From positions 256,001-320,000 of the forward strand of contig CAVTCR010000062.1 of NCBI GenBank assembly GCA_963733195.1: a stretch of DNA of 64,000 bases. The letters are read 5' to 3'. This DNA comes from an uncultured delta proteobacterium (GTDB taxonomy: Bacteria > Desulfobacterota > Binatia > Bin18). The position numbers were made by a program, and so were the translations under genes. A model generated the notes under the pieces. The model saw nothing but the letters and a program-made list of their open reading frames with translations. It was not told where the DNA came from and made no database searches. Below are positions 20,221 to 32,543 of the stretch, piece after piece (position 1 is the stretch's first letter; each line of letters opens with the position of its first letter).

Positions 20221-22586
20221 ATGCGGTTCTCTCTTCTTGCACAGCCGCTACGCCTGCGATGGCAAAGCGAGGCTTCCAGAGCGAAACCATTGAGGGAATA
20301 AAAATCAACGCGCCGACAACATGAAGAAACAGAATCAAGGCAAGAAGAAGTGCCATTTCGGCTTGGAATTTCATCGGAAAGAAGAGCCAAAAGATTACAC
20401 TGGCAGTGAGCGTCGTCCCGGTAAACAGAATCGCTCGCCCGGTTGTCATGAGCGCTTCTTCAATCGCCAGGTCTACATCGGCAAAATGTTCATACTCTTC
20501 GGTAATCCGTGAGAGCACGTAATAACCATAGTCGATGCCAATACCGATACCGATCGCGGCAATCGGTAATGAATTGATGTTCATATCGATACTAGTCCAG
20601 TACATGATCGCTTCAGTCAGTGGTTGGGCAACAATCGAGGGAATCATCACAATGAGTGCCCCAGCCAGTGACCAGTAGGTGAGGAAACTTAAGATGAAGA
20701 CGATTAGCAGAACGAGAATCAGGTTGACGCGATAGGACCATTCCACCTCATCGTTGATAGCCGCCAAGATACCGAACAACCCACCGGCGAGGCGAAAATC
20801 GACCTTCTCAACTGGATTGGCAGCGATATATTCCTTTGCCCTGCGTAACGCGCCTGTCACCGTGTCATACGAGTAATCTTTGAAATAGACTGTGATCGTG
20901 GCATTCTGCAACTCTTTATCAACAAGGCGTTCTAATGCCGGCGCACCAGCAGAAAGGAGAAAGTAAGCAAACATATTACCGACATCTTTGGTATTGGACG
21001 GGAGAATCGCCCACTTCGGCACTCCTTCTTCAAACATTTGGTACATCTGGCGAATGACATCCGCCCCACTCATGCTTCCTCCCGCCAATCGATTGTTGTG
21101 CTCCATATAGCGTTGGAATTTTTCTAACGCGGTTAAGGATTCAGGTTGCCGAAACACGCCAGGTTCGCTTCCTTCGGCAAAGATCGTAAGTGCCGAAACT
21201 CCAACGAAGCCTTTTTTTACGACCAGATCATAAGCCGTATTATAGGGATGGTGTGGATAAAAAAGCGCCCTGCCAATAGACACGTCACCGATTTTGAGTT
21301 GATGGGCATAGTACACGCCGACAATCAAGGCAACGGCAAAACCCACTATGGTTGCATAGCGGGCATCGCCGCGACTGACTTTCACCAGCAGGCGATTAAT
21401 CGAGTTATAGAGTTTATCCGACAGGCGCTTACCTGCCATAGGATCACGATGTGGAGGATTGAGAAACGATAGGATGATGGGATGTAACGTAACCACACTC
21501 ACTGAAATCGTGAAGATCCAAAAACTCGACACAACCGCAAGTTTCTGAACGAGCGGAATCCGCGCCACTGCGAGGCTCAGAATCGCGAGACCGTCAGCAG
21601 CAATCGACACCAACGCCGGTGAGAAGAGACCCAGGTATGATTGCAGAATAGCGGCATCTTTGTCGCCCAGGCGGAAATATTCTTCGTGATAGCGTTCCAT
21701 AGATTGCACTGAATGTGACAGTGCTCGCGCGGTAATCAACAAAAACACCACCACCATCAACAGATCGATGGTAAATCCCAACATGCCGGCGAACCCTAAC
21801 GCCCATACCGTACTCAGTACCCCAGAGAACAACGGAATAAGGACGCCTTGCACAGTTCGGAAGTAGAACCACAGCAGCAGCATGATCGACAGAACCGTGA
21901 GGCCGATGATGTAGAAGATCCACGCCTTGTAGTTGAACACCCAGCAAAACAGCATGGGAAAGCCGGTCATGTGGATGGTGTGTTTTGCATCCGTCTCTTG
22001 ATCCCGAATCTGAAATAAGCGCTCTTTCATGCGGCCAAAGTCGAGACCAGATTCCCAGAACCCTGCCGTAATCAACGCGACTTTGTCATCCCGCGACACG
22101 AAGAAATCGAAAATTCCGTCATTGGTATAGACAGACTTCTTGATTCGGATCGCGTCCGCGGCCTCCTTCGGCGGACCAGGGAAATAGATCGGTAAAGCAC
22201 GAATCCCTGACCCGGAGATTTGAATACTGCGCACTTTGGGATGAGCAATAGACAACACTTGCCACGGGTTCACTCCCGGAGTTTCAAGGAGCGCACGGGT
22301 AATACGATCAATCTTGTTGAGGGTATCAACCGTGAAAATGTCGCCGTCTTTCACCTCCACTGCCACCACTAAAACATTAGCCGAGCCGAACATGCGCGCG
22401 TGCTTTCTGTGCCAACTGCGTATAAGGATGATTCGGCGGGATAATGTCGCGGAAGTTCATCTGAATCCGCGTTTGGAACAAATAGTGTCCTAAGATCAGC
22501 GTGATCAGGGTAGATACCGCAATGACCGGCCAGCGATAACGCAACAAGAAGCGCACATAGGCTTCCATCCAACGGCGGGGGAGCAT
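20204..22586 (-). CDS. MMPL/RND family transporter; 5' frameshift
   Basis: Two periplasmic-plus-TM halves; IGIGIGIDYGYY, TGRAILFT. Confidence 0.85.
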
Positions 22587-22934
22587 GATTACGAATGACT
22601 CCTTTTTTCCGTCACAGCCGATGACCATCGTGTCCACGACGAAGGACCATCGCTGCAACCGAGGCAAGCTATGCTGGCCCACTTCCTACGTCAAGAGTTT
22701 TCTCTGTTTTATCAGCACCCACTCGCTGTGATTATCGCCTTGCTCAAAGGTTTCCTCCTCGTCTCTATCTCCTGTCCCTATCGCAGCTCTTGGCTCCTCT
22801 TTACTCTTGTCGCGGAAGCGTTTACTTTCCCGGCGTTGTTGCGGAGGCGTAGCGGCGTCAAAGTACCACAAGATGCCCGCCGAACACTGCGGACTAAATC
22901 AACACGACACGTCAACGGAAGGGACTCTCCCATT

Positions 22935-24989
22935 ATGGATTTCCTAGCCAATATCTCACCATTCTTAGGGTTTGGAGGACTCGCGGTAGCGTGGGTCATT
23001 TATAAAGAGGTATGCAACCGCCCAGACGGTAACGAGCGCATGCGGGAGATTGCCGGATATATTTATGAAGGGGCCATGGCCTTCTTGAGACGTGAGTACC
23101 GAATCCTCGGCTATTTCGTTGTTGATCGTCTTTGTCTTGCTCACTCATCAGCATCAGTTGGCGGACCGCTATCGCGTTTGTCAGTGGCGCGCTCTGTTCG
23201 GTCCTCGCCGGCCTCTTCGGTATGCAGGCAGCCACGAAAGCTAACGTCCGCACCTCTCAAGCAGCAAAGGATCAAGGTGAAGGTGAAGCACTGCTGACTG
23301 CTTTCGACGGTGGTGCCGTGATGGGCCTCTCAGTCGCAAGTCTAGGACTGATCGGGGTGGGATTCTTCTTATGGCTGTACCACACTCCAGAAACTGCGCA
23401 GTACATCAACGGCTTCGCCATGGGTGCGAGCTCCATCGCCTTGTTCGCTCGCGTGGGTGGTGGCATTTACACCAAAGCGGCTGATGTTGGCAGTGACTTG
23501 GTCGGAAAAGTGGAAGCCGGCATTCCTGAAGATGACCCGCGCAACCCTGGAGTCATCGCGGATAACGTTGGCGACAATGTCGGTGACGTTGCCGGCATGG
23601 GAGCTGATTTATTTGAATCCTATGTTGGTGCGATTATCGCAGCGATTGCGATTGGCGCAACTTTGTCGCTCAGCGTAATGACAAATCTCGCCCAGGACGG
23701 GATCAGCAATGATCACATTCGCATGTCGCTGATGACATTACCACTCGACCTTTCAGCAATTGGGCTCGTCGCCTCGATCATTGGTATCTATTCAATGCGG
23801 GTACTCAAAGAACGTTGGTCCTTCTGCGGCGTTGCGCTACTCAACATATATTTCTGCTGGCGTCTTTATTGTTCTTGCCTTCATTCTTGTCTGGGCTTTA
23901 GGGATCGCGCACTCGGTATTCTGGGCTGTTACATCCGGCTGTCTCGTTGGTCTCGCCATTGGTCGTATCACCGATTATTACACGTCATCGACTCCAGTCG
24001 TACGAGTTGCCGAGGCGAGCAAGACGGGGGCAGCAACCAATATCATCAGTGGCTTCGCTGTCGGCCTTGAAAGTTGCGCGCTGCCTGTCCTGGCAATTTG
24101 CTTGGCTATTTTTATTTCTGATTGGACGGCAGGCCTCTATGGCATCGGCATTGCCGGTATTGGCATGCTGGCAACGGTTGGTATCACGATGACAGTTGAT
24201 GCCTACGGACCGATTGCCGACAACGCCGGTGGTATTTCCGAGATGGCCGGACTGGGACCGGAAGTGCGAAAAATCACCGATGGTTTGGACGCCCTCGGCA
24301 ACACAACAGCAGCAATCGGTAAAGGGTTTGCGATTGGCTCTGCCGCCCTGACAGCGCTGGCACTGTTTTCCGCTTTTACTCAGGCAGTTGATCAGAATCG
24401 TGCCGCCGCCAGCCTTCCTCCTCTGCAAATCGTCGTCACGAATCCGACAGTTGTCATTGGCCTATTCATTGGCGGGATTCTTCCTTTCTTCATTGGCGCA
24501 TTGACCATGACTGCCGTCGGACGGGCCGCCAGCCAGATGGTCGATGAAATTCGTCGGCAGTTCCGCGAGATTCCCGGGCTGTTAGAAGGACGCGAAGGGG
24601 CACGACCTGATACGGCTCGCTGTGTCGACATCTCAACTGCGGCAGCATTAAAAGAGATGATCCTTCCAGGCGTAACCGCAGTTATTGCCCCAGTGATCGT
24701 TGGTGTCATCATGGGCGCAGAGGCCCTCGGTGGCATGTTAGCTGGAGCGACGGTGGCTGGTGTGTTGCTCGCGATATTGATGTCAAACGCCGGTGGCGTA
24801 TGGGACAACGCCAAAAAGGCGATCGAAAAAGGCGAAATTCCAGGCGAGAAGAAAGGCTCGGACGCACACAAAGCCGCAGTGGTCGGCGACACTGTGGGGG
24901 ACCCATTCAAAGACACTTCCGGCCCCTCGATGAACATCCTCATCAAATTGATGTCGGTAGTCGCGTTGGTCATCGCTCCGTTGCTGTAG
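22935..24989 (+). CDS. hppA: Membrane-bound pyrophosphatase, K+-dependent, probably Na+-pumping; two frameshifts
   Basis: [59 protein letters not shown]. Confidence 0.95.
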
Positions 24990-25031
24990 GATCAAAAATC
25001 TAACGACTTCCCAACTTCACAGGGAAGCCCT

Positions 25032-25122
25032 GTCATTGCGAGGAGCCCTTCGACTGGGCTCAGGGCAGGCTCCGGCGACGAAGCAATCTCTTTTGCTGCG
25101 AAAGATTGCTTCGCTCCGCTCG
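25032..25122. repeat. Palindromic repeat, family C (GTCATTGCGAG type), with a nested family A unit
   Basis: gtcattgcgag [cccttcgactgggctcagggcagg] cgaagcaatct...agattgcttcg. Confidence 0.65.
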
Positions 25123-25418
25123 CCAGATGAACGCCACTCTCTGATTGGCTCGGAAATCAGGAAATTATTCTATCTGACGTCGCAAGAGGGTAGGCAATGC
25201 TTCCCTTTTTTGCACTTCTGTCGCCCACAGAACTCGGTAAAGCCTGCATATCGGGTAGTTGCCCCTGCCAGTATCGCTGAAGGTGGGAAGTATTTACCCA
25301 TGCTCACAGCAGAGCGATGTTGGAAAAAATGCCGAAGACGGTTAATGTTCAATGATAGGGAAGGAACAGGCGCACCGGATGTGCCGATCACCGAATGTGG
25401 AATTCTCACTGGGGAAAC

Positions 25419-28400
25419 ATGATGCGACTGAACCAACGAATCACAAAACCAAAAGCCATTGGCACGATAATCCTCCTGCTCACCAGCGTTGCTCTTCTCG
25501 GTAGTTACCAACGCGGAACCGCCGAGAGCGGCACTAGCAGCTTCAGCATCTTTCCTCTCCAGTTAGATACACGCTCCATACGAAGCGCTGTACTGCAAAG
25601 CACGCCGCCTGACCCACAAACACAAGCTCTTGCTGACCGCCTTCGCGAACGACTGAGTGCGAGGCAAGCTGCCCAACAGCGCAAGGCCACACTTGCGGTT
25701 ATGTCAGCTGAGCAAGCACGCACGTTCGCCACTTTGGAGAAGCAAACCCAGACTGCCGTGGAGATTCGGCTCCGTCCAACCACCGGCACCCCAATGCAGA
25801 TCACTAGTCCAATGTTGCAACCGAGCATCGCCGACGGTGTCCCAGGTCCCGATCGTGATGAAAAAACAGCCCGCACGTTTTTACGCACCTACTACAACCT
25901 CTTACGGCTTGATCACCCTGATCAAGAATTAACCTTGACTCACCATAATGTAGATCACTTACAACGGGGTCACCTCCGCTTCTCGCAGCAGTATCGTACT
26001 CTTCCAGTATGGCCGGCTGAGGTCATCGTTCACCTCAACCCCAAGGGCCAGGTTGATGTGGTCGACGGAGCGTTCATACCGACTCCACGTAAACTCGTAA
26101 CCGATCCAGTTATTAGCGCCCAAGCCGCTTCTACTCGGGCACGGACACTCGTACCAGGTGGTGCAACCGCCACCGTCAGCGATCCAGAACTTATTGTCTA
26201 CGCGCCAGTAGAAATGGCACCGCATCTCGCGTGGAAAATGGAAGTAGAGGTCTCGCCCACAGCTCGATGGTTGGTCATCCTTGATGCCATCAATGGAGCA
26301 ACACTCACCGCCTACAACCAGGTGATGGACGCGAACGTCACTGGTTCAGGGATCGATCTCTTTGGCGCGACACGCCCGTTAAACGTTTTTTCCGAGGACA
26401 GCACGTTCTACATGATCGACACCAGCAAGCGCATGTTCGATCCAACCTCGGACCCACCAGAGCTGAGCGAAACTCGCGGCGCTATCACCATATTGGATGC
26501 AGCTAATCGTGACCCGGATTCCCAAGGGAGGATCTCGGTGTCGCAGGTGACCTCGAATAGTGCGACATCTGGTTGGATACCAGACGCTGTAAGTGCCTCT
26601 TTAGCCCTCTCACAGACCTACGATTATTACCTCGAACGACATGGACGCGATTCACTCGACGGGCAAGGTGGGACGATGCTCGCCATTGTTCGTCTCGGAA
26701 CCAATTTCAATAATGCCGCATGGAATGGACAGATGATGTTGTTCGGCGATGTCCAACCCTTTGCCGGTTCACTTGACATCGTTGCCCACGAACTCACTCA
26801 CGGTGTGACGCAATTTTCTGCGAATCTCGTCTATCTCAATCAATCTGGCGCGCTGAACGAAGCGTTCTCTGACATCTTTGGTGAAGCGACGGAGGCACGT
26901 ACCAACGGCAGTGGACCAGATTGGCTCGTCGGCGCTCAACTGGGAGCGCCGTTACGCAACTTGGCGAATCCATCAGCGATTGAAATTTGTCCTGGCTGCG
27001 GCCCCTATCCGAAGAGTACAAGCGAGTTCATCAACACTGCGCAGGATAATGGTGGTGTCCATATCAACAGCACGATTATTGGCCATGCGTTTTATCTTTT
27101 AGCCCAGGGACCGAGTGGAGCGATCGGAATTCGTGACGCCGAACGTATTTTCTATCGAGCGCTGACAACACACCTAGTGAGAAACTCGCAGTTTATTGAT
27201 GCGCGGCTCGCCTGTATTCAATCCGCAACCGAGCTGTTTGGGGCAAACTCTCCACAAACCGCCGCAACCATTGCCGTCTTTGATCAGGTGGGAATCACCG
27301 ACGCCCCGCCATCACCTGAGCCGCCGACGCTGCCGGCAGTAAGCGGTCCGGATGCCACCTTATTTCTACGTCGTGAGCAAGGACAACTGTTTCTAGAACG
27401 CCGTGAAGAAGGACGCGGGGATAGTGCGCTGGGAGTCCGATTATCCGCCAATGCGGTCAAAAGCGCACGTCCTGCCGTCTCTGGCGATGGCAGTTTTGCC
27501 GTTTTCGTCAATGCGTCCAACGATATCTGTTTTATCGATACTGATGGCTCCGCCAGTGAAGACTGTCTTGGCTTTCCCGGGCAAATTAGCTCTGTGGCTA
27601 TTTCACGCGACGGGTCACGTTTTGGTGTGGTTCTTCTTGCTGGTGGGCAACCAGACAACCGTATTTCGGTTCTTGATGTACTATCCGGACAGGCTACAAT
27701 CTACATTCTTGCTTCTCCGGCTATTGACGGAACCTCGGCGAATACGGTCAGATTCGCCGATAGCATGGATTTTACTGCCGACAATCGTGTGCTCATTTAT
27801 GACGCGTTTAACGAAGTCTCACTAGCCGATGGCTCGCGGTTTGGCGCCTGGAGTATCTACTCGCTCGACCTGGCAACCAACACCACACATACAGTTGTCC
27901 CGCCAACAGCAGGCATCGACATTAGCTTTCCTCGCTTGAGTCGTACGAGCGACAACTTCTTGACCTTCGATGTCCGCGATCAGGCAGCCGGTCGATCAAC
28001 AATCTCCGCCTGCAAACTCAGCACGGGTGTCTGTACAGAGGTCGCAACCATAAACGGAGATTTTGGCGTCCCGTCGTACACCGGAGATGACAGTGCGATC
28101 ATTTACTCACAACTCGACACCTCAACGCCGACCGGTGTCTCGCTGATGCGACAGCCGTTAGCCAGCGATCGTCAAACGCCCGTTGGTGCCTCAACGTTGT
28201 GGCTGAGTAACGCCGACTTCAACGTTATTTATCGTCGCGGGCTGACGCCAGCCAGCGGCTGGAGTGTACGTTAGAAAATCCCGCACCAGGTTCCATACAA
28301 AGCGGCATCGGCTTGATCTCGGGGTGGGTATGTAATGCGAACCGCGATCGATATCGACGTCGACGGTCGCGCCACGTTTCAAGCGGCATATGGCACAGGC

Positions 28401-29127
28401 CGTGACGATACCCAGCCTGATTGTGGTGACACGAACAACGGGTTTGGACTGTTAGTTCAACTGGAACCTGCTAGGCCACGGCCCACATCGTGTGCGGGTG
28501 TTGGCTGACGATGTAGAGATAAAAAACTCCACGTTTACCGTCGCCACGTTAGGTCTTGGCGAATTTCCTCGCAACTTATCTGGAGCGTTTACATTACAGA
28601 ATTTTCCTCAGAACGGCGGAACAACCCGCGTGCAATGGCAAGAAGGAACGCAAAACTTTGTCATCACTAATGCGAGCGGCAATAGTCCGGGTGGAGGGAG
28701 CAACAATCCCGGCACGCAGTTAGAAAATCCCGCACCAGGATCGTTCCAGAGTGGCCTTGGCCTTATTTCCGGGTGGGTATGTAACGCCAATCGGATCGAT
28801 ATTGATGTCGATGGTCGTGCAACACTGCAAGCAGCATACAGAACAGGCCGCGCTGATACACAGGGAACATGTGGTGACACCAACAACGGCTACGGCTTGT
28901 TAGTCAACTGGAACCTGCTGGGAGACGGCCCCCATAGCGTGCGGGTGCTGGCCGATGGTGTTGAAGTAGGACGTTCTACCTTTACCGTTGCAACCCTTGG
29001 CCTCGGAGAATTTCCCCGTGGCTTGGGCGGGACGTTTACACTATCAGGCTTCCCACAAGCTGGCAGGTCAACACAAATTCAGTGGCAAGAGAGTATACAG
29101 AATTTTGCGATTATCGCAGTTCAATAA
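25419..29127 (+). CDS. Secreted M4 thermolysin-like metallopeptidase (propeptide, M4, beta-propeller-like region, two C-terminal repeat modules); frameshifts near 28270 and 28460
   Basis: Signal peptide; NNAAWNG, AHELTH, GALNEAFSD, DNGGVHINS; the repeats continue in shifted frames. Confidence 0.85.
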
Positions 29128-29153
29128 ATACTATCCGGAGTGGCACCTGAATA

Positions 29154-30533
29154 TCAGCCAAAGAGTCGTAAAAATATAGTCAAAATCCCCAAGAACGACA
29201 GAAACCCGCACAGATCAGTACAGGCAGTGACAAAGACATTTGACGCAACTGCCGGATCGATACCAAGCCAGCGCAGCGTAAACGGAATCACACTACCAAT
29301 AAAGGCTGCGACCACAAGGTTGACGAGTAACGCCAGCATGAGGACAAAGCCGAGCAACGGTTGGCCCTTCCACAAATAGGCAATAAATCCTGCCGCGACT
29401 CCAAGGATCAGGCCATTCCCCAGTGCGACCAACAGTTCCTTTAACAATACTCGCTTGGCGTGACTTAGATTGACCTCACCGAGCGCTAGGCCACGAACAA
29501 TCACTGTCAGTGTTTGTATGCCAGCATTACCTCCCTGCGCAGCAACCATGGTCATGAACGCAGCAGCAATCGCTACAGACTGAATCGTTCCTTCAAAAAA
29601 GGAAATGACACTCGCACTCAATGTCGTCGTCAACAGATTGAGTCCAAGCCACGGCAGACGTCGTTGGATCGATTGCCGGGGAGAGTCAAATACCGTGTCT
29701 TCTCCGCTGAGGCCCGCAAATTTGTAGATATCTTCAGTCGCTTCTTCTTCAAGTACGTCCACCACATCATCAATCGTAATGCGACCAAGAAGGATTCCTT
29801 GCGCGTCTACAACCGGAAGCGACAATAAATCATAGCGTTTGAAGAGCTGGGCAACCTGTTCTTGATCGAGATCAACTCGGGCGGAAATCACCTGCTGATC
29901 CATCGCTTTCTCTACCGGTTCGTCCGGCTGAGCAAGGATCAGCTTTCGTAGGGGGAGGACGCCAACCAAACGCCTCGTTCCATCAACGACAAACACGTTA
30001 TGAATATCGGGAACATCCTCAATATGACTGCGAATCATCTCGATCGCTTGCGTGACGGTTGTCCCTTCCGGAACTTCAACATGCTCGATCTGCATGATCC
30101 CGCCGGCGGTGTCAGCAGGATAACGTAGGAGCTGCGACATCTCGGCCGATAACTCTTGCGGAACCTGATCAAGGACAGCACGAGCTTGTTCTTCAGGCAA
30201 TGAAGCAAGGAGGTCGGCAGCATCATCAGAATCAAGTCGTTCAACGATCTCGCCGAGTGCAGCATTTGAGAGTTCTTGGCTTAATTCTTCCTGCGTCAGC
30301 GGAGAGGCAAAGCTGAAGACCTCAGAGGCCAGGTCCGGCGTAAGCGAGGTAAATATTTTCTGCTTGAGTTCCGGTTCCTCCAAGGCATCGAGCAGCTCGG
30401 CAATGTCTGCCGGATGGAGCGCCGCGACCCCGGTGCGCACGAGTTCATCCTGCCCAAGCTCAGCTTGGATCACTAGTGTTTCGAGCAGTGTTTCGCGTTC
30501 CCGTGGACTCGCTGGGGTTACTTGTGGGTTCAT
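29154..30533 (-). CDS. mgtE: Magnesium transporter MgtE
   Basis: LHPADIAELL, TAGGIM, CBS pair, RRLPWL, GGNAGIQ, IDPAVAS. Confidence 0.95.
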   Translation of the reverse strand: MNPQVTPASPRERETLLETLVIQAELGQDELVRTGVAALHPADIAELLDALEEPELKQKIFTSLTPDLASEVFSFASPLTQEELSQELSNAALGEIVERLDSDDAADLLASLPEEQARAVLDQVPQELSAEMSQLLRYPADTAGGIMQIEHVEVPEGTTVTQAIEMIRSHIEDVPDIHNVFVVDGTRRLVGVLPLRKLILAQPDEPVEKAMDQQVISARVDLDQEQVAQLFKRYDLLSLPVVDAQGILLGRITIDDVVDVLEEEATEDIYKFAGLSGEDTVFDSPRQSIQRRLPWLGLNLLTTTLSASVISFFEGTIQSVAIAAAFMTMVAAQGGNAGIQTLTVIVRGLALGEVNLSHAKRVLLKELLVALGNGLILGVAAGFIAYLWKGQPLLGFVLMLALLVNLVVAAFIGSVIPFTLRWLGIDPAVASNVFVTACTDLCGFLSFLGILTIFLRLFG

Positions 30534-30563
30534 ATAGGTTTCCTGATTCAGTTGTGGATTACG

Positions 30564-30682
30564 CCGTTCATGATTCGACTTCATCCTGCAGGTAGATTCT
30601 GTCCCGAGCTTGTCGAAGGGCTCAGCACGAACGGGCTGCTAACATCGCTCGTCCTGAGCGTAGCGTAGCGAAGTCGAAGGGC
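30564..30682. repeat. Palindromic repeat, family A
   Basis: Near-identical to 11995-12090, with an extra nested unit. Confidence 0.75.
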
Positions 30683-30720
30683 AAACAAAGGGTATGTACT
30701 ACCTATCTAAAATAGGATCG

Positions 30721-32467
30721 CTATAGCGCGTCTGCTTCCGGCTCATCTTCATCGACTGGAACAAGCTGCTCTTCTATAGAGACTGGGAGCCCCTTTGGCG
30801 CCTGCACGAGGGCAAGGCGGTGGCGATCTTTCGGACCGGTTCCTTCACTCACATCAACCACGACAAGACTCGCCTCATTGCGTGCCGCAATCTCATCCCA
30901 CTTCGATTTCCGCATGAGCAAGAAATAGGCAACATCAGGCTTCAGTAAGTTGGCGTCATACTGTGGAATGCGTCGTTTCGAGTAGTAGAGAGCACCATTG
31001 TCAAAGGTCTGAAAAAAGAAGAGAGGGTGCGAGCCCTATCTGTGTCACTACACGTTCCATAAACGGACGATACGTACGCGTGGTCGCCACGGTCGGTTGG
31101 AAAACGGCATTGACCAAGAGCACGGCACTGATTGTAAATGTTGCTAATCCGGTAAAAACCCATCCCCAGTAGCGGTGTTGAATCCCAATGATCAAAAGGC
31201 TAACTGATACGCTCGTCACTACACTCCACAACAGGAAGGCGTTGGGATGGGTAGACACAATTCCCGTAAACATGGGGAGGTTGCTCTGGTCTCGGGGATG
31301 CAGCAGCGGACGAATAACCGCAAGGGAATCGTACCCAAGCGCTTGGAAACCAATCGCCACAATCGTCACTCCCGCCAGTAGCAGACAGAGATACCCACTT
31401 CCTTGGATGAGACGGAAGAACAGAGCTGAGACAACCGTACTCCCATGCCGCAGTTCCTGCCACCACGCCCCAAGGAGCAATGCGACAGCAGGATACAGGG
31501 GGAGGATGTACACTGAGCGTTTACTTTTTGCTACAGAGTAGAAAAGGAAAACCGTCGCAATCCACACAATCAGGTAGAGATATTCTTTCTCTGCCCAGGC
31601 CCGCCGTTGATGATAGAGATACACGACAAGCGGCGGAAAGAAAAAACTCCATGGAACCATGCCAAGAAAGAGGTTGGGAAGAAAATAATAAAATGCATGC
31701 TCATGCCCTGCGTCACTGGTGAAGAAACGTAGAATGTTTTCTTTCATGATCTGTTTCATGAAAAAATCGTATCCACCTTGCCACAGTGCCAATCCATACC
31801 ACGATCCAGCAATTAGCAAGACCAGCAGACCACCCGCGACAACATGCAGTTGTCGCAAAAACACGAGCTGCTTGCGTAGAGCGAGGAAGATCACAACGGT
31901 CAGTCCTGGCAAAACTGCGCCGACCGGCCCTTTCGCTAACGTCGCGAGTCCAAGGAGCACATAGAAAAGGAAAGCCTCGCCTCGCCGAACTGTTCCTCGT
32001 CGATACAGAAAGAGGAAAAACAGAAACGCGGCCACCATACACACGGTAAGCGTCATATCGACCCGTGCAGTCGTCGCAGCTCGGCTCCACTCAAAACTCG
32101 TTGCCAGCACAACCGCTGCGACTACCCCAGCCTCAACACCCCACAGTGCAACGCCGGTGCTATAGGTCAACAGCACGCCAATGGTGGCTAGCGCTGCTGA
32201 CGGAAACCGAATAGCGAACTCGTTCACTCCGCCACATGCGTAAGAGACAAGTGCCCCAAGCCAATGGAAGAGTGGTGGTTTTGAGGGAATGATATGCCCA
32301 TTCCGTAGGGGCAGTATCCATTCTTGGGTCGTGTAGATCTCCCAAACAACTGTCGCTTCTCGTGGTTCGCCCTTCGTATAAAAGGGTTCATCCCCAAGCC
32401 CCCACCAGTAGAGCAGGACACATAACAAAGTGAGAGCAACACCGGTCAGAACCGCCTGCTGGCGCAT
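30721..32467 (-). CDS. ArnT/PMT-like (GT-C) glycosyltransferase; 3' frameshift
   Basis: EPREA, SKPPLFHW, RFPSA, ARVDM, LAKGPVG, KRSVYILPLYPA. Confidence 0.9.
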
Positions 32468-32543
32468 ACAGCATCCATAGAGCAAAAGTACGATTGTGAG
32501 TTTTTAGCGGAAGTAGCACTAGGCGAACAGCCCGTTCCTATAG

